Below are positions 9,817 to 18,264 of a stretch of 64,000 nt of DNA, piece by piece. The notes under the pieces were generated by a model. That model was given only the letters and a program-made list of their open reading frames with translations. It did not search any database and was not told where the DNA came from. Made by a program: the position numbers and the translations under genes. How positions within the stretch are numbered: the stretch's first letter is position 1; each line of letters begins with the position of its first letter. This stretch comes from a virus. The DNA is taken from the IMG/VR virus record IMGVR_UViG_3300025102_000012, positions 1 through 64,000 of that record. One strand, 5' to 3'.

Positions 9817-11238
9817 ATGGATTTGGATAATTTAAATCTTGAACATCAAATGGATATGAGGCTATCTAAAAACTCGTTTCCTTATTTTTTCCAAAGTGTT
9901 TTAGGATTAGACTTTGCTAACCATCAAAAAGAATGGCATGAATTGATGAATACTACTCAAAGAACCGTAATCATTTGTTCTAGAGGTCACGGTAAATCAG
10001 TATTTATGCATGCTTGGGTCGTTTGGAATTTAGTGTTTCAACCGCCACCTTATCAAATGATATATATTTCATCTAACCAAAAACAGACTATGGTTCACAT
10101 GAGAGATATTGATAAGTTATTTTTACACCCCTTACTTAAAAAATTCAAACCTGTTAGGGGATGGGCAATAGGAAACATTACATTAACTAATGGTAATCAA
10201 ATCTTGGAGCGTTCTGTTGGTTCACAGATTCGTGGACTTCATCCTCAAGAGATTATTATTGACGACCCTTTGAAAGAGTTCAGTATTAGTGGAATTCAAA
10301 AAGTTACAGATTGGTTTTATGGTGACATGATACCAACACTTCACCATACTGCTTCTTTAAGAGTTATTGGAACTCCATTTAGTTATACAGATATTTACCA
10401 ACAACTTGCTGAAAATGAAGTATATACGGTTAGGACTTATCCTTGTGTTAATGCGTTAAACGAACCTTTGTGGCCTAATCGTTGGGATTATGATTCTTTG
10501 ATGGAGAGAAAGAAAGAAATAGGCTCATTGAAATTCACAAGAGAATATATGTGCGTTCCTATCTCTACTGGAACTTCTCTATTCAATCCGGAGCATCTAG
10601 ACAATGCGAAAAACAAAGATTTGGTTTTGAAACCTTTGAAGCGAGAAGGCTACAAATACTTTGTCGGCGTAGACCCTGCTATTTCTACTGATGGAGATTA
10701 CAATGTAATTACTGTTATAGAAATGGATGCTGATGAAAATAAATCAATAGTATATATTGACCGAGCAAAGAATGTAGAGTTTCGTGAAAATATACAGAAG
10801 GTGAAACTCATTGGTCAAATGTTTAGACCCGAAGTTATATTGTTTGAAACCAACACTTTTGCCAAATCTTTTACTCAAGAACTTAGGCAAGTTGCTGATT
10901 TGAATGTTCATGATTTTAATACTACTAGAAGAAAAAAGCAAGAAATTATTTTAAATTTACAAATGACTTTAGAAAACAATAAAATGAATTTTCCATACGG
11001 TAACGAAGAAAGCCGTAGAGTAACATCAGCATTAATAGAAGAATTATCTATGTTTGCTATTACTGAAAGAGGTAAGTTTGAGGGAGTCGGCGCACATGAC
11101 GACATGGTTATGAGTCTAGCATTAGCAAACGCCGCAACATACCAAATGACAGATAACTTCATACTTCTTGATGATATGGGCTTATTCAATGACTCTCCTA
11201 AATCTAAAGTGAATTATGGATTGGGTCTAAATTTTTGA
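9817..11238 (+). CDS. terL: Terminase large subunit
   Basis: Walker A-like SRGHGKS, Walker B IIIDD, GTP motif, nuclease GVDPA and HDDMVMSLALA. Confidence 0.93.
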   Translation: MDLDNLNLEHQMDMRLSKNSFPYFFQSVLGLDFANHQKEWHELMNTTQRTVIICSRGHGKSVFMHAWVVWNLVFQPPPYQMIYISSNQKQTMVHMRDIDKLFLHPLLKKFKPVRGWAIGNITLTNGNQILERSVGSQIRGLHPQEIIIDDPLKEFSISGIQKVTDWFYGDMIPTLHHTASLRVIGTPFSYTDIYQQLAENEVYTVRTYPCVNALNEPLWPNRWDYDSLMERKKEIGSLKFTREYMCVPISTGTSLFNPEHLDNAKNKDLVLKPLKREGYKYFVGVDPAISTDGDYNVITVIEMDADENKSIVYIDRAKNVEFRENIQKVKLIGQMFRPEVILFETNTFAKSFTQELRQVADLNVHDFNTTRRKKQEIILNLQMTLENNKMNFPYGNEESRRVTSALIEELSMFAITERGKFEGVGAHDDMVMSLALANAATYQMTDNFILLDDMGLFNDSPKSKVNYGLGLNF

Positions 11239-11247
11239 GGAATAAAT

Positions 11248-12612
11248 ATGGTTACATCTGAACAATATAGACAGGCCGCTACTCAAATGGAAAGGCTAGC
11301 AGAATTAGAAGATGAGGAAGAAAATACTAAAGATTTAGTAGAAAGAGAATTAGATATTGAATTAAAATTTTCAGTTGGAGAAGTTCTCTCCGAATATGAT
11401 GAAATAAATAAAATTTCCAATATGTATAGTATAAATGCTAGTCAAGCAAGAAATATGCTAGATGTTTTTCCCAAAGAATATGTTGTAGAAGATAAAACTA
11501 TTCCGGATTTAATTAAAACTATGAGAAAATCTAGAAGAAAATTAAAGGGAGAACATAGAGAAAAAATGACTAAGGCTATTGACACAATGATAGATGCTTA
11601 CAGTGACCACTTATTCAAGTGTATAGACTCTATACATTGGTTATCACCTTACAAACAAACACTATTAAAAATGAGATTCAATGAAAAAGATTTACATAAA
11701 TTACATAAGATGAAAGACATATCATCTAGACGAGAAGTAATAGATGCTTTGTGTAAATATTGGGAAGCAGAAATAGAACAAAAAGATATGGCTTATGGAA
11801 AAGATTACGCTAGTTTGTCTAAAACCATGTCATTAGCAAAAAGAGATTTTAGAGGATGTATTTCTAAAATTACTGACCAATCTCTAAATAAATCTAAAAA
11901 GCAAAAACAAGAAGAATTCATAATAAAAATGGTTTGCGAACATCAAGGAATAGGGGCTAAAGCAATACATGAAAGAATGCCAACTAAAATGCATAGAATA
12001 TGTTCTCCTAATGTTATATCAAAAATGATTAAAAAGTTAGACATTGTTTCTTTAGAAGGACAATATTATAAATTCTCTAGTGAAATAAAAAAGAATATTT
12101 GGGCTTATACTGCTGCATTTATTGATTCGGATGGATATATTACTCTTGACCGTAACATGAATCCTAGAGTTGGTTTGATTGCTACAGGAGAAAGAGGAAA
12201 GGCTTTCATGATGGAAATGCATAAATCAATAGGTTATGGTAGGATGCATTTAGACCAAAAATCACCACAGCAGACTCGCCTAATTCAGCGATTAAATTTT
12301 TATTCTCAAGAAGATGTAACTAATCTTTTAACAAAGTGTTTACCTCACTTTAGATTAAAGAAGGGTAATGCTAAGTTATTATTAGAACTTATTCGTATGA
12401 AGAAATCGTATAAGAAAGCCGATTGGTACAAACCAAGATGTGATGAAATTTTTAAATTAATGAAGTGGGAGAATCATAAAGACCATGTAGGCTATGATTG
12501 GTCTAAAGAAAACATTAATCTTGATGATATTTCAAAATACAAAGAAAACTGTAAAGTGTCTTTGATGGATGAAATGGAGCAAATTGGTGGAACTATTCTA
12601 AAGGAGGAATAG
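11248..12612 (+). CDS. Protein with C-terminal LAGLIDADG endonuclease-like domain and long helical N-terminus
   Basis: WAYTAAFIDSDGYI motif; LTKCLPHFRLKKGNA typical of LAGLIDADG C-terminal region. Confidence 0.75.
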   Translation: MVTSEQYRQAATQMERLAELEDEEENTKDLVERELDIELKFSVGEVLSEYDEINKISNMYSINASQARNMLDVFPKEYVVEDKTIPDLIKTMRKSRRKLKGEHREKMTKAIDTMIDAYSDHLFKCIDSIHWLSPYKQTLLKMRFNEKDLHKLHKMKDISSRREVIDALCKYWEAEIEQKDMAYGKDYASLSKTMSLAKRDFRGCISKITDQSLNKSKKQKQEEFIIKMVCEHQGIGAKAIHERMPTKMHRICSPNVISKMIKKLDIVSLEGQYYKFSSEIKKNIWAYTAAFIDSDGYITLDRNMNPRVGLIATGERGKAFMMEMHKSIGYGRMHLDQKSPQQTRLIQRLNFYSQEDVTNLLTKCLPHFRLKKGNAKLLLELIRMKKSYKKADWYKPRCDEIFKLMKWENHKDHVGYDWSKENINLDDISKYKENCKVSLMDEMEQIGGTILKEE

Positions 12613-12614
12613 GG

Positions 12615-13502
12615 CTGGATATAGAAATTTATGAAGTTGGGCCGAGAGATGGCTTACAAAATAGTAATTTTAAAGTATCTACTAATAATAAAGTTAATTT
12701 AATTAATCATTTATACCAAGCGGGATTAAAAAATATGGAAATAACTTCTTTTGTTCATCCTAAAAGAGTACCTAATATGGCTGATGCTGAAGAGGTATTT
12801 CTAAACACAAAAGAGTTAGCAGATTTTGGAGTCTTGATTCCAAATCAACGAGGATTTGAAAGGGCTAAAGCACTAGGAGCAAAAAAATTCAATGTCTTTT
12901 TTTCACCATCAAATGAATTCAACTATAGGAATTTAGGTAAAACTTTAGAAGAAACTTATATCGGGTTAGAAAAAATGCTAGAAGATGAAGATAGAAAAAA
13001 CATTAGAGCATATATTTCTTGTGCTTTTGGTTGCCCATTTGAAGGATTGCCTTCTGATTACAAACTTAAAGACAGTATAGAAAAAGCAAGTAATTTAGCA
13101 GAAGATGTTGTTTTATGTGACACTATTGGAGCGGCATATCCTAGTAAAGTAACTAGAACATTAGAACTAACAAAAAGGATTGATAGTAAAATATCTTTAC
13201 ATTTACATGAAAAAAAGACAGGGAGCAACAATATATTTTCTAATGTTAAATCAGCCTTAGACTGGGGAATAAACTCATTCGATTCTAGTATAAACGGTTT
13301 AGGTGGGTGTCCTTTTATGCCCGATAGTGGAAGTAATTTATCTACAAACCAATTAATAAATTGGGCAAACAATAACGGATATGATACAGGTATTGACCTT
13401 AAGGAACTAACTTATGCAACAGAACTAGTTAGAAGTTTAGAAAAAAGACGACAAAAATTCCCCGAAGGATTCATAACAGAAACAACATCTGTAGCAGAAT
13501 AA
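12615..13502 (+). CDS. hmgL: Hydroxymethylglutaryl-CoA lyase (DRE-TIM), putative auxiliary metabolic gene; CTG start
   Basis: In-frame IYEVGPRDGLQN upstream of the tracked ATG; TSFVHPK.VP.MADA, AFGCPFEG, LCDTIG, HLH, FDSSINGLGGCPF. Confidence 0.88.
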   Translation: MDIEIYEVGPRDGLQNSNFKVSTNNKVNLINHLYQAGLKNMEITSFVHPKRVPNMADAEEVFLNTKELADFGVLIPNQRGFERAKALGAKKFNVFFSPSNEFNYRNLGKTLEETYIGLEKMLEDEDRKNIRAYISCAFGCPFEGLPSDYKLKDSIEKASNLAEDVVLCDTIGAAYPSKVTRTLELTKRIDSKISLHLHEKKTGSNNIFSNVKSALDWGINSFDSSINGLGGCPFMPDSGSNLSTNQLINWANNNGYDTGIDLKELTYATELVRSLEKRRQKFPEGFITETTSVAE

Positions 13503-13515
13503 GGGAGGTAGTGCT

Positions 13516-15165
13516 ATGGTAGAAAAGAAGAGAGGTTTTAGCATAACTAATTTATTTAGAAGGTCAACACCAAAACCTGCTGATAGAGAAATATACAATA
13601 TTGGTATTCAAGAGAAGCAACGAAGTAGTTTAATGACCGCTCCTCTTCTCTATCATTTAGTTCAAAATTCAGTTATTACTAGAACTTGTGTTACTCAACT
13701 TAAGCAAGAAATATTCCGTAGAGGATATGTTTGGGAAAAAGCATATGAAGCATATTGCATGGATTGTAAAAAAGAACATCAAAGACCAGTTTCAGAATGC
13801 TCTAGATGTGGAAGCACTAATCTAAGAAATCCGGATGTAAAACAATTAGAATATGCTGAGAAATTTATAGAAGGCTACATCAATAAATCTGAGCAACTAT
13901 TCATTGATGTTCTAAAAGAACTAGAAGACGATTTAAATATTATGGATGATGCTTACATTGTTTTAGTAAAAGAATATTTTATTGACGGTAATCAAAAAAT
14001 TCGCATGCATAGAATAAAAGAAGTATATAGAGGCGACCCAGTAACTATGGCTATATACTCGGATGAAGTGGGGCAAAGAGGAACTAAGGGGTTTACTTGC
14101 GTAAATCATAGAGGGCAACTAAGAACAGAACCGCATGAAAAATGTGAGGAATGTGGAAGTTCCCTCTACCCCGTCCACTATGTAAATAGGGTTGGAGGAA
14201 AAGACCAGTATTTCTTAAAGGGAGAAGTATTGCATTTTAGCAAATATAGTCCTTCTAGGCTATATGGTATGTCTCCGGTCATTACTCTTTACAATCACAT
14301 TACTACTCTTCTTGCTATGGAAAACTATGTAAATTCTTCTTATACTAAGAGCCGAATGCCTAGAGGACTATTAGCAGTTCAAACTAGAAATATGGATTCA
14401 ATGCGTTCTTTTTGGCGTTCAGTAAAAGAGAAAATGGAAACTGACCCTCACTTTATTCCTGTAATGGGAATAGAAGCAGAAGGAGGAAAGGGTTCTGTTG
14501 AGTGGATTAAATTTATGGATAGTCTAAAAGAAATGGATTATGTTTCTGTTAAAGACGATTTGAGAGATAGAATATCAGCGTTCTATGGTGTAAGTAAAGT
14601 CTTTATGGCTGATAATACTACAAGTGGTGGATTAAATAATGAAGGTATGCAAATACTTGTAACTAATAGAGCAGTTCAAATGGCACAGAATGTTTACAAC
14701 AATTATGTATTTCCATTCTTAATTAAACAATTTGGCATTACTGATTGGGTATTGAAACTTCCTCCAAGCGAAGAAGAAGATGAAATAGCAGTAATAAGAA
14801 AGAGAGAACTGGAAGTAGGTATTGCAGGTCAAATCAAGAATTTAGGATTTGATGTTGAAATGGATGAAGATGGTAACTTTACTTTCTCTAAACCTGAACC
14901 GAAAGAACCACAAGAAGGTGAATCTCCTAAAGGAGACGAATCAGTGGAATTAGACCCACTAGCAGGTTCTAATTTAGACCAAAGAGATTTAGATGAACAA
15001 ACAAGAATGTTTGCAGAAGGTGGCGGTAGTAAACCACAAGAGAACCCGCCAACATCAAGAAGCAAGCCGAGTATGAGTGTCGCCCCCGATAAAAGATTAA
15101 CAGGATTACCAGTAGATGCAGGTAATCAAAATGTAGATAGACGAAATGATAGGAGGATAGGTTGA
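13516..15165 (+). CDS. Portal protein with zinc-ribbon insertions
   Basis: Position after TerL; EVLHFSKYSP..LYGMSPV, MPRGLL, RISAFYGVS motifs of HK97-type portals; CxxC pairs. Confidence 0.85.
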   Translation: MVEKKRGFSITNLFRRSTPKPADREIYNIGIQEKQRSSLMTAPLLYHLVQNSVITRTCVTQLKQEIFRRGYVWEKAYEAYCMDCKKEHQRPVSECSRCGSTNLRNPDVKQLEYAEKFIEGYINKSEQLFIDVLKELEDDLNIMDDAYIVLVKEYFIDGNQKIRMHRIKEVYRGDPVTMAIYSDEVGQRGTKGFTCVNHRGQLRTEPHEKCEECGSSLYPVHYVNRVGGKDQYFLKGEVLHFSKYSPSRLYGMSPVITLYNHITTLLAMENYVNSSYTKSRMPRGLLAVQTRNMDSMRSFWRSVKEKMETDPHFIPVMGIEAEGGKGSVEWIKFMDSLKEMDYVSVKDDLRDRISAFYGVSKVFMADNTTSGGLNNEGMQILVTNRAVQMAQNVYNNYVFPFLIKQFGITDWVLKLPPSEEEDEIAVIRKRELEVGIAGQIKNLGFDVEMDEDGNFTFSKPEPKEPQEGESPKGDESVELDPLAGSNLDQRDLDEQTRMFAEGGGSKPQENPPTSRSKPSMSVAPDKRLTGLPVDAGNQNVDRRNDRRIG

Positions 15166-15392
15166 TGACAGAAGATTTGAGACAAAAGGAAATAAGACTG
15201 AAGAAAGAATTAGCGAAAGTAAAGGCTATTAATGCCAATGCTGATACTAAGATAAAAAAGAATAGGGATTTATCATTAGGGGGATTACCTCCCGATACTT
15301 CTCATAAACCAACTCCAGCATCTAATGATATTCCCGATGTTATATCCTTACCGCCTAAAAGAAGAGGAAGAAAAGAAAACATACCGTTCTGA
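15165..15392 (+). CDS. Hypothetical protein
   Basis: GGAGG SD; coupled to the portal stop. Confidence 0.55.
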   Translation: MTEDLRQKEIRLKKELAKVKAINANADTKIKKNRDLSLGGLPPDTSHKPTPASNDIPDVISLPPKRRGRKENIPF

Positions 15393-15401
15393 GGAAGATA
15401 T

Positions 15402-17210
15402 ATGTACATAGAATTATCTAAAGAAAACTCCTTTGATTCTTTAATATCAAAAATGTCTTTAGACAAAAATACAACGAAGTTAATTGGTAAAGCCACAAAG
15501 GAAGAAATAATTAAATCTCTTTTAGATAATATGAATAATTCTAACATGGCAACATATAGAAAACTTATCGCTAAAGCAGAAAAAGAAATAGATGAAGAAG
15601 AACAAGCCTTCCAAACACAATTAGGAGGAAAAGGTTCACAAAGATATGGAGTAGGAGAATCAAAAGTTGAAGAGGATTCTTTAGAGGAAGATAAAGATAA
15701 AGAAGTTTCTTCCACAAAGTTTGAATATAACCTATTCTTAAAGGCTAGAAAGAAATATGAAATTCTAGAAAATTCATTGAGTTCATTAAAAGATTTATCT
15801 AATCAAGTACAGTTGGAAAAAAATCCAGAACTGTCTTCCGGTTATGAGTTGTTTAATACAGCCAGTTATGATAACTTAGTTAGAAAGAACAGGAATAAAT
15901 CTGATGTTATTTTAAACGCTATGAGTATATTAGAAAGGAATAACAACGCTTTAGTAGAATCCGATAGAAACATTACAGATGGTAAGTTAGTTGCTCCTAC
16001 ACCTCCTAAAAGATTAGATAAAGAAACTCAAGAGTTTGTTTCTAGAAATAAGAAAAAAGATATTGATGTTGCTAATATACAAAAAGAACTACTAACTTTA
16101 ATGGAGAAAAGTTATCCTGTCGAAGGGGAAGAAGATATGTCCTTTGCAGATGTGTATAAGAATCTACATATTAATCAATTTGATAGAACACCTAGAGCAA
16201 GAAGAAGCCCGAAAAAATATTTACAAGCAATAGAAGCGGCTAAGAAAAGCCTAGAAGATAATAGGCCTAAAAATTTTATAGCGAAAATGAATAAATTAAA
16301 ACAATTAATAGCAGAATTAAAAACACTATATGAATTAGAAATACCTCTTATAGAAAGAATTGCTACATTAGAATCGTATGAAGATAAAGAAAATAGAAAA
16401 GAATTAATTGAATTTGCTAACAATAAAATAAAAGAAAGTCTAGAAGTTACTGCCGATTTAAAACCTGAAATATACGGTATAGGAGCAGAAAGTGAAGAAG
16501 TAATATTAGGAAGAAAAGGTATTGATGTTAGAAAAGATAAATTGATGGAAAGAATATTATCTAGTGAAATGACAAAAGCGAAGGAAGAACTATCTAAACT
16601 ACAAAAGACAATAGATGGTATTCAAGAATTTGAAGAATCAATAAAAGAAATAGTGGTATTAATGTCTACAGTAAATCGAATGGATAAAAATATATTTACC
16701 ACAGATAAACAAAAGATAGACAAATTAAAAAATCAATACAAAATTCTTACAGAAAAGTATTTTGAACAAGAACCCGAAGGAACAACTATTAATCCTAATA
16801 GGGTGGAATTTGATAATAGATTAACAGAACTAAATACTCAAATTAAAGATTTAGAAAGTGAAAATGCCCGATACTTTTCAGTTGTTTCTAAATTAAATGA
16901 AAGTTATAATATAATATTTGACAGTAAAGATGAAATGGAAAGAATAAATCAAAACCTAAGAAAATTGAAAAATTCAGGTGAATTGGATGCTGTTAAACTA
17001 GCACAAGATATTAAACTCTCATTGTTAAGAAAAGATACTTCCGATTTAAGAAGTGAAGATTACAAACTAAGATTAACTTCTTTAACAGGAGAAGAGTTAG
17101 AAGAAACTTTATCCAATGCAGATAAGACAATAGACATACTAAGTAAATTAGATATAAATGTAAAGGAAGTAAAACAAACACTAGAGTTAATGAGGAGTGA
17201 AGCAGTATGA
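15402..17210 (+). CDS. Long coiled-coil hypothetical protein
   Basis: 602 aa, E/K-rich heptads, GAGGA SD. Confidence 0.65.
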   Translation: MYIELSKENSFDSLISKMSLDKNTTKLIGKATKEEIIKSLLDNMNNSNMATYRKLIAKAEKEIDEEEQAFQTQLGGKGSQRYGVGESKVEEDSLEEDKDKEVSSTKFEYNLFLKARKKYEILENSLSSLKDLSNQVQLEKNPELSSGYELFNTASYDNLVRKNRNKSDVILNAMSILERNNNALVESDRNITDGKLVAPTPPKRLDKETQEFVSRNKKKDIDVANIQKELLTLMEKSYPVEGEEDMSFADVYKNLHINQFDRTPRARRSPKKYLQAIEAAKKSLEDNRPKNFIAKMNKLKQLIAELKTLYELEIPLIERIATLESYEDKENRKELIEFANNKIKESLEVTADLKPEIYGIGAESEEVILGRKGIDVRKDKLMERILSSEMTKAKEELSKLQKTIDGIQEFEESIKEIVVLMSTVNRMDKNIFTTDKQKIDKLKNQYKILTEKYFEQEPEGTTINPNRVEFDNRLTELNTQIKDLESENARYFSVVSKLNESYNIIFDSKDEMERINQNLRKLKNSGELDAVKLAQDIKLSLLRKDTSDLRSEDYKLRLTSLTGEELEETLSNADKTIDILSKLDINVKEVKQTLELMRSEAV

Positions 17211-17569
17211 CATGGGATTTTTATGGAGAAGGAAAGGATTTTATCCTTAAAGAAAAGAAACAGGTTCCTAAAAGAGTTTTAGATTCTTTAGACGGAAAGG
17301 GAAAGAAGAAACTAAAAAAGACACTTCAAGCGGCTGAACCAACAGAATTTTTTGGTCAAGATTTTACTAAGTTAGGGGACTTAGTTAGTTTGCTAAAAGA
17401 ACTAGATTTGATGAAATCAGATAAAAAACTAAACAAAAAGGTTAAGTCTATGGATGAAAGGAATATTGATATAGTCGCTACCGCTACGAAACTTCGTAAG
17501 GAGTATGAATTACTCTATCGTCAATTAAGAGACTTAATTTATCCCAAAGGACAGGAGGAGAAAAAATGA
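17207..17569 (+). CDS. Hypothetical head-module protein
   Basis: Coupled ORF with GAGGAG SD; DFILK near N-terminus. Confidence 0.65.
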   Translation: MTWDFYGEGKDFILKEKKQVPKRVLDSLDGKGKKKLKKTLQAAEPTEFFGQDFTKLGDLVSLLKELDLMKSDKKLNKKVKSMDERNIDIVATATKLRKEYELLYRQLRDLIYPKGQEEKK

Positions 17570-17808
17570 GTAAAAAAAATACAATTAATGAAGAACTACT
17601 TGCGATTATTAAAGCCCTTAGTGCTAAAATAGAAAGCCTAGAGAAAACAGTATATTCTCAAGATAACATACTTATGAAGTCCGGCTTTGTTGTTACTGAA
17701 ACTCCAGTACCGACTATTGACAACAACATTGGCTCTACAATAACTGATGTTTCAAATATGGATTGGTCTGATATTCACAAGATGGTAGAAAGCGCAGGTG
17801 GTCAATAA
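17566..17808 (+). CDS. Small scaffold-like protein (coiled coil + C-terminal MDWSDIHKMV)
   Basis: C-terminus nearly identical to the protease/scaffold C-terminus MEWNDIHKMV. Confidence 0.6.
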   Translation: MSKKNTINEELLAIIKALSAKIESLEKTVYSQDNILMKSGFVVTETPVPTIDNNIGSTITDVSNMDWSDIHKMVESAGGQ

Positions 17809-18254
17809 TGCCGGAAAGAGTAACAAAAGAAGAAAGAATGATTAGCCTTGCTATCGAAAAGGCTAGAAGTGCTAAAGAATTATTACATCAATCGTTACAA
17901 GGTAATAGATTACCGGATGAAAAAGATGACCGTATGGAAAAAGTGAAGGTAAAACGCCCGAAGGCTCAAAAAGCAGACAAAGTAAAAAACCAAACTAGGA
18001 AAAAAGATGGTTACGGTCTAGGTGGAGAAGAAACTCATTTCAAAAAAGCAATAAAACAATTTGAAAGTGATGCTGAAGAGTTTTATAGAAAAAAATTAGC
18101 AGAAATGCAAACCTTACCCAATAAACAGGTTCAAAGTGATTTTGAATATGAATTAGATAAAATCGCTCAACAAAAAGGTGGACGGCCACTAACATACGCA
18201 GATGTAAACGGTGCTAGTATTAGTGTTTCAAAAACCGGATATAGCCGCAATTGA
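17808..18254 (+). CDS. Hypothetical protein
   Basis: Coupled ORF, 148 aa. Confidence 0.6.
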   Translation: MPERVTKEERMISLAIEKARSAKELLHQSLQGNRLPDEKDDRMEKVKVKRPKAQKADKVKNQTRKKDGYGLGGEETHFKKAIKQFESDAEEFYRKKLAEMQTLPNKQVQSDFEYELDKIAQQKGGRPLTYADVNGASISVSKTGYSRN

Positions 18255-18264
18255 GGAATGCTGA

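Noticed and set aside
9817-12612. LAGLIDADG ORF as an intein or intron in terminase
   Set aside because: TerL is complete with its own stop; the next ORF has its own SD and no intein terminal motifs
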